This document shows positions 20,369-30,384 of a stretch of DNA of 64,000 nt, piece after piece. The position numbers and the translations under genes were made by a program. This stretch comes from a virus (Duplodnaviria > Caudoviricetes). Where the stretch lies: the IMG/VR virus record IMGVR_UViG_3300025867_000005, one strand, 5' to 3'. The notes beneath the pieces are model-generated. The model had not been told where the DNA came from and ran no database searches. It was given only the letters and a program-made list of their open reading frames with translations. How positions within the stretch are numbered: position 1 is the first letter of the stretch; each line of letters opens with the position of its first letter.

Positions 20369-21070
20369 TTAACGCCCAGCGCCTCCACCCCCGCAGCTTC
20401 CTCCGCCAAACCCACCTCCACCAAACCCGCCGCTACTACCAAACCCACCACCTAAACTGCCACCTCCACCAAACCCGCTACCGGAATAAGTGTCGTCATC
20501 GATAAAAATAACATAGATTACAATCAGGATGAAGATACAGATAAGGACGGCACCTATGATCGACAAAGCTTTACTATACGTATCTTCTGTCTTTTCCGGA
20601 ACAGGGTTGCCCCCAAGTTTCAAAAACTCCTGTTCTACAAGGTTGACGATTTCAATGATCTTCGCATCAACCACTTGTTTCTCTAGTCCCTTATCAAGAA
20701 TCTGTCCGCATTTCGAATCCGTGAACAACCCTTCAAGACCATAGCCGACAAGCAATCTTACCTTGTTCGGTTTGTTCGCCCTGAAGTTCTTGGCATTGAT
20801 AAAGAGAAGCAATCCGTTGTTCTTTTCCTTGTCTCCGATACCCGTCGTATTGAAAAATTCCCTACCGTCAACAAGGGTGTCTTGACAGTCTTCTACTGTT
20901 TTGACAGTGAATTCAACCTTGCCGCCGTCATACAGCTTCTGACCGACGTTTTGAATATAAGCAACTGTTTCCGGTTTCAACAGATTAGCATCGTCGAAAC
21001 ATCCGCTGTACGGGATTCCAAACACAACGCTTACTACAGACAGCCAAACAAGAATTAGGATTTTCTTCAT
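20369..21070 (-). CDS. TPM-domain membrane protein with Gly-rich tail
   Basis: signal peptide, D.ANLL, GIGDKEKNNGLLL, VGYGLEG..TD, TM helix, GGGFGGGS.GGGGAG tail. Confidence 0.9.
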   Translation of the reverse strand: MKKILILVWLSVVSVVFGIPYSGCFDDANLLKPETVAYIQNVGQKLYDGGKVEFTVKTVEDCQDTLVDGREFFNTTGIGDKEKNNGLLLFINAKNFRANKPNKVRLLVGYGLEGLFTDSKCGQILDKGLEKQVVDAKIIEIVNLVEQEFLKLGGNPVPEKTEDTYSKALSIIGAVLICIFILIVIYVIFIDDDTYSGSGFGGGGSLGGGFGSSGGFGGGGFGGGSCGGGGAGR

Positions 21071-21095
21071 TTTCTTTATTCCTTTCGTTAACGCT

Positions 21096-21677
21096 TTACT
21101 CAAAACTTACAGTCACGCCATTCTGACGAGCCTTGTCACTGGCTTCAAAATACTGACGTTTTTCAACTTTGGCAATCCCTACAATCAGACTTGTGGGGAA
21201 GGTTCGGATTTTTGTATTCAGTTCCTTCGCCGTCTTGTTGTAATCCATACGGGCGACAGTAATTCGGTTTTCACAACCCTCTAGCTGATCTTGCAATTGA
21301 ATGAATTGCTTGTCTGCCTTAAGATTCGGGTAGTTCTCCGTCAACATCATCAGTCGTCCCAAAGCCTTGCTTAGTCCATCATTGGCTTCATACTTCTCTC
21401 CCGCCGTCTTCGCATTCAGAAGCTGAGACCTTGCCTTCGCAATGTCTTCCATCACACGGCTTTCGTGCTTGGCATATCCCTTGACTGTCGCCACAAGGTT
21501 AGGAATCAGTTTGTCCTTACGTTCCAACTGGTTATCAACCTCTGCCCATGCCGAATTGCATTTCTCGTCCATAACCTGCAATCCGTTATACGTCGCCAAA
21601 ATCGGCATAATAAACAGAAATGCAATCGCAAACAAGATTCCGAATACCGTCAAACAACCAACCATAGCACTTTTCAT
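21096..21677 (-). CDS. lemA: LemA family protein
   Basis: N-terminal TM, W..V...L.R...IPNLV.TVKGYA.HE, ENYPNLKA, ENRI..AR..YN. Confidence 0.93.
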   Translation of the reverse strand: MKSAMVGCLTVFGILFAIAFLFIMPILATYNGLQVMDEKCNSAWAEVDNQLERKDKLIPNLVATVKGYAKHESRVMEDIAKARSQLLNAKTAGEKYEANDGLSKALGRLMMLTENYPNLKADKQFIQLQDQLEGCENRITVARMDYNKTAKELNTKIRTFPTSLIVGIAKVEKRQYFEASDKARQNGVTVSFE

Positions 21678-21699
21678 TTTACCTTCTTTCTTTTTACCT

Positions 21700-22014
21700 T
21701 TACTTCCACATCTTTCCCATATCTGATGGAGAAAGTTCTTTTGTATCTGGAAGATTTGGAACATCCATTTTCTTCCATACGCCTACGTATCCTTCTTCCT
21801 GTTTTTCCTTATCGAAAGGCCGAAGAATAACAAACTGACCTTGACAAATCCCGATTAGTTTTTTGCCATGACCAATCGTTATGATTTCCACAGGATGCAA
21901 TCGGAATTCCGGAGGGATGCTTCCTGTAAAGTGGCCTCCCATCGTTCCGAAACTCCATTCACCGTACAGCCACCAAAACCCTTCGGAATCAGGGGGTGTT
22001 TTCTTCCAATTCAT
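21700..22014 (-). CDS. hypothetical protein
   Basis: coupled ORF. Confidence 0.7.
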   Translation of the reverse strand: MNWKKTPPDSEGFWWLYGEWSFGTMGGHFTGSIPPEFRLHPVEIITIGHGKKLIGICQGQFVILRPFDKEKQEEGYVGVWKKMDVPNLPDTKELSPSDMGKMWK

Positions 22015-22415
22015 ACCTCGTCCTCCTTAAATCCTTTCGCGAAATCAGGAAGTTCTTTCCGAATCTTTCGAAGGATGATTTTAGGCTCGAATCCCTTGCC
22101 GTTGTTCAGGATGGCATCGTCGATTTCAGCTTCTGTTACAAATCCCAACTGAAGACCACGCAGACACGCCCAAAACAGGCGGATATCCTGATAGCAACAA
22201 TCCTTGTAAAGGACCCAGATGTTTGACCCGTAGATACCAAATGTGTCAAGCAATAGAGCCGGTCCTAACGCTCCCAGCGCGCAATCGGGGTCTACGTCTT
22301 TTACTGCCGTCAGACTTTGAAGCAGAACGTTCAAAGCTCCTGGATTTCCTTCTGAAATCTTGTAAATGATGTCATTGAAGCTGTCCATCAAATCGATACG
22401 GTTTTTCGTTTTCAT
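22011..22415 (-). CDS. hypothetical phage protein
   Basis: SEGNPGA..LD..GIYGS.IW.LYKD.C. Confidence 0.78.
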   Translation of the reverse strand: MKTKNRIDLMDSFNDIIYKISEGNPGALNVLLQSLTAVKDVDPDCALGALGPALLLDTFGIYGSNIWVLYKDCCYQDIRLFWACLRGLQLGFVTEAEIDDAILNNGKGFEPKIILRKIRKELPDFAKGFKEDEV

Positions 22416-22450
22416 GTTTCAATAAGCCTTTCTTGCTTTTGATAAACAAG

Positions 22451-22479
22451 ACTATATCAAAGGTTCCCTAATCTGTCAA
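22451..22479 (-). promoter_or_regulatory. sigma70-like early promoter
   Basis: TTGACA-17-TATAGT, TG extension. Confidence 0.8.
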
Positions 22480-23130
22480 GTGGGTCAGAAGATTATTCCA
22501 ACCTCTGATAAGGAATTCGGCATATGCCTTTGAATCTTCTCCGTACCATCCGATGCTGTATGGATGATGGAATTCTACAAGTTCAAGCCTTCCGTTTTCC
22601 AATCTCCCAACGTCTAATGCCCCGTATACATCTTTGGGCATTTCCAATTCCAAGACGGGTGCCGGTTCGTCTTCATCACAACCTTGATACCAGCCTGTTT
22701 CAAGAATCTTGCCGCCACAGACGTAATATCTCCATTCCTGTTCGAACTTAACCACATCGGAAACCCAATATCCATCCGCCAGATATTCTTCTGAAAGCCG
22801 TCCCTTCTCCTTTACAAACCCCGTGAAGGCTTTGTATTCTCCTGCTGGCTTGATAAAACATTTGCGGACAGGTGCGGTTACAACAAGCTTAATCTTCCTA
22901 GAAATCAGGGATGACGCCCAAGACGGATAATAATCGGGTTCGAAACAGTGTTCTAAGACGGATTCTATGAAGTCTGTGCTTCCCACAAAAAGACTCTTGT
23001 TAATGTCAAAGTCTTTCACTGTCTTAGAAACACGAAACGGCGTGCCGGTTAAGGCACACCATTTATGCATCGCAAGGAATTCCCTTCCACTGATTCCTTG
23101 TTCAAAAACAACGATTTCCGGATTAAACAC
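22468..23130 (-). CDS. ATP-grasp domain protein (R2K/DUF4343-like)
   Basis: FIKP..K.FTG, EWRYYV, ALDVG, LVE; likely GTG start at 23130. Confidence 0.8.
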   Translation of the reverse strand: MFNPEIVVFEQGISGREFLAMHKWCALTGTPFRVSKTVKDFDINKSLFVGSTDFIESVLEHCFEPDYYPSWASSLISRKIKLVVTAPVRKCFIKPAGEYKAFTGFVKEKGRLSEEYLADGYWVSDVVKFEQEWRYYVCGGKILETGWYQGCDEDEPAPVLELEMPKDVYGALDVGRLENGRLELVEFHHPYSIGWYGEDSKAYAEFLIRGWNNLLTHLTD

Positions 23131-23353
23131 TTCTGGATTTTTCCTTGAAGTCTGGACATTCAAAGACAGGAGTAGTCATGTTGTTTAGAACGCAAAGTTC
23201 ATAAAGTTCATTGGCCATCTTACAGTTGTCTTCTGTCCCTGGTTTGAATTTTCCACAACTGAAACAAAGACAATGTTCCCTGTGTTTGCCTTTAAGCAGA
23301 GTCCTTGTCCAAACCATTCTGCCGTGATGCATATACTGTTCGAATTCGTTCAT
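23123..23353 (-). CDS. Cys-rich hypothetical protein
   Basis: AGGAG SD; HCLCFSC. Confidence 0.7.
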   Translation of the reverse strand: MNEFEQYMHHGRMVWTRTLLKGKHREHCLCFSCGKFKPGTEDNCKMANELYELCVLNNMTTPVFECPDFKEKSRSV

Positions 23354-23363
23354 TTTCACTCCT

Positions 23364-23570
23364 TTAAAAAGGTGCTTGAGGCAAATGAGGGTTTTGGATT
23401 TCTTTTTGTGCCCAATCCCGTAAACATTCCAAAGAGCAAAACTGTGAATCAATATGGTCTATGTCCCGACAATTGCTTAGAAAGAAATATGAAGGGTCTC
23501 CCATAACACCTTTCACTTCGATTACCTTTCCGCAGTTTTCACAAGTTACTCTCGTAACGTTTTCAATCAT
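23364..23570 (-). CDS. small Zn-binding protein
   Basis: CENC..FCSLEC. Confidence 0.7.
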   Translation of the reverse strand: MIENVTRVTCENCGKVIEVKGVMGDPSYFFLSNCRDIDHIDSQFCSLECLRDWAQKEIQNPHLPQAPF

Positions 23571-23835
23571 TTATTTTCTCCTCTAGTTGCTTTTCAAGCT
23601 TTTTAATGTATTGTGTACGGATATTGTAGGGGTCGCAATATTCACAAGGCTGATATTCCTTACCGGTCTTCATATCATAAATTCCACCGTGCCAGTTTCC
23701 ACAGAAACTATGCATCCCGCAGAAACAAAGACGATCCCAGAACCAATGATAGTTGCCTTCCCTGCATTTGTTAAACAGAAAAGGCAAGGTCTTAATCATC
23801 ATCCTTTTCCATAATGGGCAATATCCACTAGACAT
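23563..23835 (-). CDS. hypothetical protein
   Basis: GGAGG SD; LCFCGMH..CEYC. Confidence 0.65.
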   Translation of the reverse strand: MSSGYCPLWKRMMIKTLPFLFNKCREGNYHWFWDRLCFCGMHSFCGNWHGGIYDMKTGKEYQPCEYCDPYNIRTQYIKKLEKQLEEKIND

Positions 23836-24298
23836 GTATGACCTCCGCGAAATCTTCTGTCAGCCCTATCAGCTTAACGCCAGCTTCTTTCAACATTATT
23901 TCAGCGATTCTGCAATTCTCTTCCCAGTCGCCTTTTCCTTCGAATTTGCCTTCCATCGTAAGAACCTTACAGATTCCTGACTGGATTATTGCTCTTGCGC
24001 AATCAGAACATGGCCAACCTTTCCCTGAAATATAAATCTTGGCTTGATCCAAACTTATACCATAACGTGCGGCACTGTAGATTGCGTTGCGTTCTGCGTG
24101 TTCACAATAGAAATATTTCTGAGGTCTCTGGTGTCTGTCTTCAGCGTCGTCATTAACAAGTCTTGGGAAACCGTTATATCCTGTCGAAATGATCGTGTTG
24201 AATTTGTTTACAATAACACAGCCAACTTTAGTAGACCTGTCTTTTGACTTGGTGGCAGTCAAATTGGCGATTTCCATGAAATACTTATTCCAGTACAT
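23828..24298 (-). CDS. dCMP deaminase
   Basis: W..YF, SKD.STKVG, GYNG.P, HAE.NAI, PC..C, IIQSGI. Confidence 0.92.
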   Translation of the reverse strand: MYWNKYFMEIANLTATKSKDRSTKVGCVIVNKFNTIISTGYNGFPRLVNDDAEDRHQRPQKYFYCEHAERNAIYSAARYGISLDQAKIYISGKGWPCSDCARAIIQSGICKVLTMEGKFEGKGDWEENCRIAEIMLKEAGVKLIGLTEDFAEVIHV

Positions 24299-24301
24299 GT
24301 T

Positions 24302-24796
24302 TCATTTCCTTGAAATTATTACTGCCAGATTCTTCCCGTCAAATTCTGTCTTCTGCTCAATTTTTGAGACATCACTGAGATCAGACACGATTTTATCAAA
24401 GACTGCCTTCCCCAAATCAGTATGCTGAAGGTCCCTTCCCTTGAAACGCATAGTGATTCTTACCTTATGCCCTTCACCGAGGAATTCCCTGATTTGACGG
24501 GTTTTGGTATTGACATCATTGCTTTCTACATTCGGACTGAACTGAACTTCCTTGACAGCCGCCTGTTTGTTCAGTTTTTTCTGTTCCTTTTCCCGTTTTT
24601 GCTGTTCATAGCAGAATTTTCCGTAATCCATGATCTTACAGATTGGGGGTCTTTGGTTTTCGTTTATCTCTACCAAGTCCTTACCGGCTTGTAGTGCCAT
24701 TTCCTGAGCTACCTTATTATCAACGACACCTATCATTTCACCGTTTTCTCCGATCAGACGGACCTGAGGAAGACGGATTTGCATATTGAGTCTCAT
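24302..24796 (-). CDS. infC: translation initiation factor IF-3
   Basis: N..IR..VRLI...G...G, DLVEI....PP.CKIMDYGKF.Y, KEV......I...D, FL..GHKV....F.GR. Confidence 0.95.
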   Translation of the reverse strand: MRLNMQIRLPQVRLIGENGEMIGVVDNKVAQEMALQAGKDLVEINENQRPPICKIMDYGKFCYEQQKREKEQKKLNKQAAVKEVQFSPNVESNDVNTKTRQIREFLGEGHKVRITMRFKGRDLQHTDLGKAVFDKIVSDLSDVSKIEQKTEFDGKNLAVIISRK

Positions 24797-24883
24797 TACT
24801 TTTTAGTTATTCCCTTCATGTTTCTTGTTTGAAAAGTGGAAAGCCACGTCAAGAAATAGATTCAAGAAGTGGCTTTTTTAAAA

Positions 24884-25516
24884 TTACGGAAGGATGGAAT
24901 CGAATCCGCAAGCCGCGACTCTAGCCGTCAGCTTCTTATTGAAACGAAGCCGCAGGTTTCCGTTACACGGGTCAATGACATACTTAATGTCTTCACATCC
25001 ATAGTAACAGTTAAATTGATAAGCTCTAGACTGACAACCGGCATTGGCTGAAACGTCCTGACAAGTTCCTACGGCATCACATGTAAGACTTTCGACCCTT
25101 ACCGTTGACTGATTTCCACAACCCGTAACCACACCGTCACCGCAGGTTCCGCTTCCGGAACAATCCAAGTTGAGGTTCCCAGCGCAGATCTTCGCGGAGC
25201 AACAAACCTTCTTCCCGTTCCTTCCGATTCTGTTAAGAATTCCGACATCCAGAGTCCCTTGAACCTGTTCCTTACATCCGTCCTGATTGAAATCGCCAGT
25301 CAAGACGATTTGCGCAGGGTTCGTTGAAAGGAATCCATTGTTGTCATATTCAAGACAGGCGAACCCGCTGAAAGTCTTTGTTTTGTATTCCCTTGACTGT
25401 CCTGAAATTACAGGAACCTTGCAAGAAAGCTTGACATCATAGACATCCTGCTTCCCTGCAAACACAGACACCGCCGTAAGACCGGCCACCAACATAGAAA
25501 CGATCATCTTCTTCAT
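24884..25516 (-). CDS. secreted Cys-rich hypothetical protein
   Basis: AAGGAG SD; MKKMIVSMLVAGLTAVSVFA signal peptide; many Cys. Confidence 0.8.
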   Translation of the reverse strand: MKKMIVSMLVAGLTAVSVFAGKQDVYDVKLSCKVPVISGQSREYKTKTFSGFACLEYDNNGFLSTNPAQIVLTGDFNQDGCKEQVQGTLDVGILNRIGRNGKKVCCSAKICAGNLNLDCSGSGTCGDGVVTGCGNQSTVRVESLTCDAVGTCQDVSANAGCQSRAYQFNCYYGCEDIKYVIDPCNGNLRLRFNKKLTARVAACGFDSILP

Positions 25517-25535
25517 ACTCTTTTCTCCTTTTCTT

Positions 25536-26693
25536 TTATTTCGCGGAAAACGTAATCCGGTTTCCGTGATGTACAATAGTTTGTCTCCCTGCTTTTTTTG
25601 TCAGATACGAAGCGATTTTCTTCATTGTCTCATAACTGTAATCTTCTTCTTCCGGATCGAAGTCCCGAAAAAGGCTGACAGTTTTGACATATTTCCTAAG
25701 AATGAATTCGTGTTCAGAAGGTTTCATTCTCATGTGGTTGAATTTTGTCATTATTTTGATCAAGTAATCATCATAGACTTCTTTGCTAACATATTCTTCG
25801 AATCGGTTTAGGATGTCGAAATAGACTTCTTTCATCTTTTTCCACTGCTTGGTTTCTGTTTGAAGATAGATACATAATTCCTTACCTACTTCAACGGAAT
25901 ACCCTAGCCAATAACAAAGACCATGTTTCTCACGGATGTTTTCAATAAGCGGACTGAAGAACCCGTCAGACATCAGATTCGCGAAGAATCTAAGGCTCAA
26001 TTCAGTGAAACCGCAGTTCTTCCTGTTGATTTTAGACAGCAGTATTTGGAAATCAGACTGTCTCTTTACTTCTGAAGTTACGGTTTTGTTTACGAATTTA
26101 GCAGAAAGGACCCTCTCTTTCACATCGGGTTCACAGACTTCAATCTCCCAATGAAGGGATGAAAACAAATGCTTCACGCTCTTTCCGCCTACAAAAACTA
26201 CACACGTAGGTTTAGAAAAATGTTCCACGTAGAACATTTTGAACTTCTTATATGTTATTGCTTCGATATCTTCTCGGCTACCGATAGGGCCGTCATACCC
26301 GAAAATCTCTCGATTTGCCCTTATCTGTATATTATAGTCATTGATAAATGAATCATACTCTTGCAGAATGATAGACTTTTCTTCTTCAAACTCTTTTTCA
26401 GTAGGGACGTAAGACAGACATTCTTTAACATAGTCCCGTGCGAACCTTGCGATTTCAAGATCCCCGCTTCTGCAATAGAAACAAACGCAATCATCATCTG
26501 TAAAGGCATTGGTTTCGATATTGTAGATGTTGATTACCTTCCTGAATTCCTTTTCCTTCTTGCACTTCAGATGTTCCGCAAGATGGCTGATACCACGGAA
26601 TCCTTTCTTTTCAAAAAGGCCTCCCGCTTTGTAAATGGCATAAATGGCGGCGAAACCGCTTGATTCTTCTTCAAAAAACACTCCTGATTCCAT
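25536..26693 (-). CDS. M16-family (insulinase-like) zinc peptidase
   Basis: GISHLAEHL (HxxEH), NAFT, EK.II.QE, IREK.GL.Y. Confidence 0.88.
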   Translation of the reverse strand: MESGVFFEEESSGFAAIYAIYKAGGLFEKKGFRGISHLAEHLKCKKEKEFRKVINIYNIETNAFTDDDCVCFYCRSGDLEIARFARDYVKECLSYVPTEKEFEEEKSIILQEYDSFINDYNIQIRANREIFGYDGPIGSREDIEAITYKKFKMFYVEHFSKPTCVVFVGGKSVKHLFSSLHWEIEVCEPDVKERVLSAKFVNKTVTSEVKRQSDFQILLSKINRKNCGFTELSLRFFANLMSDGFFSPLIENIREKHGLCYWLGYSVEVGKELCIYLQTETKQWKKMKEVYFDILNRFEEYVSKEVYDDYLIKIMTKFNHMRMKPSEHEFILRKYVKTVSLFRDFDPEEEDYSYETMKKIASYLTKKAGRQTIVHHGNRITFSAK

Positions 26694-26744
26694 TACTTTA
26701 TTCCTTTTTTTGATATTTGACGCAAAGATACAGAGGGAAAACAC

Positions 26745-29700
26745 ATGATCGATACCGTCAAAACAATTATTCTTTGCCTGTCAATCCAGGCAATTTGCTT
26801 GTTCGCCAACTCCGCACAACAAACCGTCTTCGTTACAAAACAAGATAGGGAAGCGATTAGAAATATCCAAAGCCGCACGAATTTTTACGAAAGGGCCGTC
26901 GTCACCAACGGAACAGAAAACTTCAGGCTTGATGACAACGGAATTTCGATTTCCAACGTCTCTTTGAAGAACCTTACATTTCCAAATGGTTCTGTAAGCA
27001 ATTATTTCTGGGGTAAGGAAATCATTGTAGATTCAGAAGGGAAAGGTAATTTCTCCACAATACAAGGGGCGGTTGACTATATCGACGGGATTCATGATAC
27101 AAATGACAGTATTGAAATCAGTGTAAGGGTTGTAGCTGGTAGCTATTATGAAAATGTAGTGGTAAGAAAAAAGAATATCATTATAAGAGGTGATGATAGG
27201 AGAAGTAAACTTTGGGGAAGTTTAACTATTATGGATTCTCCGACATTTGTTTCTGGTTTGTATATTCGTAGCGTGGACGGAAAAACTCCAGTAACCTATA
27301 CAAATGTAAACTCCTCTGTGCTTGGAAGCCTGCATAACTGTTATATCCTTAATGCTATAAATGTGGATACGAACACTTATTGCTTTGCTGTTGCTAATTG
27401 CAACGTTAAGGTGAACCTAAATAATACGGAACTTTATACCGCTAACAGACATTCAGGAGAAAATGCAAAATCTGTTCTGTTCTATATGAGCGGACCCGGT
27501 GGCGGAAACTTGGAAGTACATGGATGCAGGCTTAAAACATCTTCTTTAGGACCTGAAAAGAACAATGATGAAATTCTTGCTATTCTTGACGGTACTTCCA
27601 ACATGCAGATCGAAAATTCCACATGGACACCGGTTCACGACGAATATCCATCAGTCATTATTAATGACAATTCTTGGGTCGGCTGGTTCGAAAGTGCCTG
27701 CGAAACTGATCAGAATCTTGACAGACATATTGAAGTAAAAGGAACAAGTCCGAACAAGATATGGTATTACCCTAAAGAAGTCGGAAGTCTTAAAGTCACC
27801 GGAAATCTTAGATTGGGAACTGGAGATTCACATATTCGGCTTTTCAGCGACGGAACCAATACTTTCCAAGAAGATGTCAATTCTGTAACAAGCATGTTGC
27901 TTACGGCAAACAACGGCGGTCTTACCAACGAAAATGACAGCATTGCCCTTAACGCTCTTTCGATATTCGCGGATACCAACAGGGTTGAAACTTTGTGGTC
28001 GAGAGACAGGACGGAATTTCGAGACGCGACAGGCGGTGTTTGGAGAATCTACACCATTGTTTCTAATGAACTTCCGGTTGTCGTTACCCAACATTATGAT
28101 ACCATTGCTCTTGATTCAACTCTTACCAATTACCTCAAACAGACGGATTTGTCAGGGACTATAACGAATATCATCTTCGGTTTGGGATACGTTTCAAACT
28201 ATCAGGAGAATGTGACGTTAGGAGGTGTCGGTCTCGGAACTTATGAAAAAGATTCCATTGCTGCAAGCAATTTGTTTCTAGGAGGAACCGCTATTGTTTC
28301 CAATGATTTGGATGTGTCTGGGGCGACAAGAACTACAGATTTATATGCGGAAAGGATCGGGGTGAAGACAAACACTCCGCAGGAAGCCCTTCATATCAAT
28401 GGGAACGCCTTAATAGAATCAAACCTTACCGCTTCTTCTGTTCATTCCACTTCCGGAGATCTGTATCTACAAGGCACAAATTTCGGCCCCAGGATTGTCA
28501 ACAGCATTACAAACGGACAGGATAATGTAACGCTTGCGGGAACCGTATTCTCATCAACCGGGAATAGGGTTGTTTTCCCAAACAACGCAACCTATATACG
28601 AAGCGATGGAACTCTTTACGGGCACGTTCTTGGAACTTATGATGCCGTTACCGCGCAACTGGTAGATTCTCCTGTTTATGGCAACGCTCCGTTTGGACTC
28701 CAGTTTGGTTCTTCCGCAATGATAAGCTGGTCAGCGGCTCAAATGTGGGCAGAAAAGGACACCTTTATTTATAGAGATTCTTTTGGAACGGTTGGAATTT
28801 CAAGCAATCTCGTTGTTATTGGAACGAATACGGCTTACTCTTTCAGCACGACAAACTTTTATGGACTTGGCCCGACTATTGCCAATGCTCAGCTTAATCT
28901 TTTCAGCGACGGAACCAACACCTTTAGTAAAGACGTTAACGGAAGCAATTCAATGTTTTTAACGACATCTAATGGAGGCATTACAAACGGGCAAGACAAC
29001 GTTAGTTTCGGGACAATTTCCTCATCGAACCTGACGAGTATCGGGACTGTCGTTATGACGAATGGTTCTGTTTTTATTCAAGGTGCTGAAAACCGTGAAG
29101 GTCATGCTCCACTTGTTGTTCAAAATACTACACCCTATTCTGATCCTTGGTCACAATATGCTCAGATCTGGCTAAATTCTGCTGGAGTAACTTTCGCACG
29201 TATGCGTGTTGATGGAACGTTTATGATGAACGGCAGGATTGACGGAACACATTTCAACGCAGATGGTAGCCAAGGCGCTGGTTTCAATTATTTTGGGAAT
29301 GCTGGGGCGTCCATATATGGCGGTGTTTTGACAACTCCTACTTGGGGTATTGATTATCCGGCACTAGGAATTATAGATTTTAACACCTACGGAACCAACA
29401 GAATGAGAATCGGTGCCGATGGGGATATCACAATCAGCAATAATCTAACCGTTGCAAGGACCAACACAGCTTATGAAATCTTCGCAAGCAATACCGCACA
29501 TGCCAAAGACTTTTTATTGTCAGATGAATTGGGAATGACAGATACAATTAATGTCGTAAGCGGAATTTATCGGAATTATACCGATACCAATCCCATTGTT
29601 GTCGTAGATCCTAATGTCAGTATTTACAAGATAAACGTTTCAGAACCTTCTGCCTTTTCAAATGATTTGTCAAGACTGAATTTAAACAACAGAATCGCGG

Positions 29701-30344
29701 AATGGGAATTGTGGATAAACTTTACTTCTACAAATGCCCTTTCATCTACATTTCAAGGATTCGAATTCCAACATGAAACTGATTTTAGCGTCACGGGTTG
29801 CTATAAATTCGTTTGCAGCACAACCGATGGAATTACGGTACAAGCCAGACAGACGTATCCGACTATTTATGAAGTTAATGCTGTTCCGTATTGCCGAGGG
29901 GATAATAATTTCGCGTATAGTGCATATCTGAATGTCCTTGATGACGGCACAACAAATGGCGCTGTTATCGCTTTTCTCAAGCCTGACAAACACACCTATT
30001 ACATGGTAAAGATGAATGTAGGTTTCGGAAATCCGGATTGTGCGACAAACACGGTCAGTATAAGAGTCGGCACTTCAGTATATGGCGGTGGTGACAGATT
30101 GCTTCCTGAAGTCGCAGTTTCACTTCAAAATCCGAGTGAATGGTGGGCTGGCGCAACGACAGGATTCATAATGTTCCCGCCAATAGCCACTAATGGATGG
30201 TGGGATTACGAACAAATTACGCATTGGGGATTTTTTGAAGCCACAAGATTAGCAAATAACGGAAATGTTAGCTGTCAAAGGTTGTTTCTACGTCAAGCCA
30301 ATGAACTTGAAATTAAGGCTTGGGAACAGAAGAATCTGCCATAA
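26745..30344 (+). CDS. large fibre/tailspike-like protein with N-terminal signal peptide and pectate-lyase-like beta-helix segment
   Basis: IIVD..G.GNF.TIQ.A..G.Y.E beta-helix start; IGVKTNTP..ALHI.G; ITNG repeats. Confidence 0.7.
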   Translation: MIDTVKTIILCLSIQAICLFANSAQQTVFVTKQDREAIRNIQSRTNFYERAVVTNGTENFRLDDNGISISNVSLKNLTFPNGSVSNYFWGKEIIVDSEGKGNFSTIQGAVDYIDGIHDTNDSIEISVRVVAGSYYENVVVRKKNIIIRGDDRRSKLWGSLTIMDSPTFVSGLYIRSVDGKTPVTYTNVNSSVLGSLHNCYILNAINVDTNTYCFAVANCNVKVNLNNTELYTANRHSGENAKSVLFYMSGPGGGNLEVHGCRLKTSSLGPEKNNDEILAILDGTSNMQIENSTWTPVHDEYPSVIINDNSWVGWFESACETDQNLDRHIEVKGTSPNKIWYYPKEVGSLKVTGNLRLGTGDSHIRLFSDGTNTFQEDVNSVTSMLLTANNGGLTNENDSIALNALSIFADTNRVETLWSRDRTEFRDATGGVWRIYTIVSNELPVVVTQHYDTIALDSTLTNYLKQTDLSGTITNIIFGLGYVSNYQENVTLGGVGLGTYEKDSIAASNLFLGGTAIVSNDLDVSGATRTTDLYAERIGVKTNTPQEALHINGNALIESNLTASSVHSTSGDLYLQGTNFGPRIVNSITNGQDNVTLAGTVFSSTGNRVVFPNNATYIRSDGTLYGHVLGTYDAVTAQLVDSPVYGNAPFGLQFGSSAMISWSAAQMWAEKDTFIYRDSFGTVGISSNLVVIGTNTAYSFSTTNFYGLGPTIANAQLNLFSDGTNTFSKDVNGSNSMFLTTSNGGITNGQDNVSFGTISSSNLTSIGTVVMTNGSVFIQGAENREGHAPLVVQNTTPYSDPWSQYAQIWLNSAGVTFARMRVDGTFMMNGRIDGTHFNADGSQGAGFNYFGNAGASIYGGVLTTPTWGIDYPALGIIDFNTYGTNRMRIGADGDITISNNLTVARTNTAYEIFASNTAHAKDFLLSDELGMTDTINVVSGIYRNYTDTNPIVVVDPNVSIYKINVSEPSAFSNDLSRLNLNNRIAEWELWINFTSTNALSSTFQGFEFQHETDFSVTGCYKFVCSTTDGITVQARQTYPTIYEVNAVPYCRGDNNFAYSAYLNVLDDGTTNGAVIAFLKPDKHTYYMVKMNVGFGNPDCATNTVSIRVGTSVYGGGDRLLPEVAVSLQNPSEWWAGATTGFIMFPPIATNGWWDYEQITHWGFFEATRLANNGNVSCQRLFLRQANELEIKAWEQKNLP

Positions 30345-30384
30345 AATTTGATATCCACTCTCTTTGAAAGAGGGGAGATTAGAC

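Noticed and set aside
20380-20490. C-rich short repeats
   Set aside because: They encode the Gly-rich tail of the TPM protein.
23828-24298. Deaminase as the RNA editor
   Set aside because: Motifs fit an ordinary dCMP deaminase, which completes the ThyX/dUTPase dTTP pathway.
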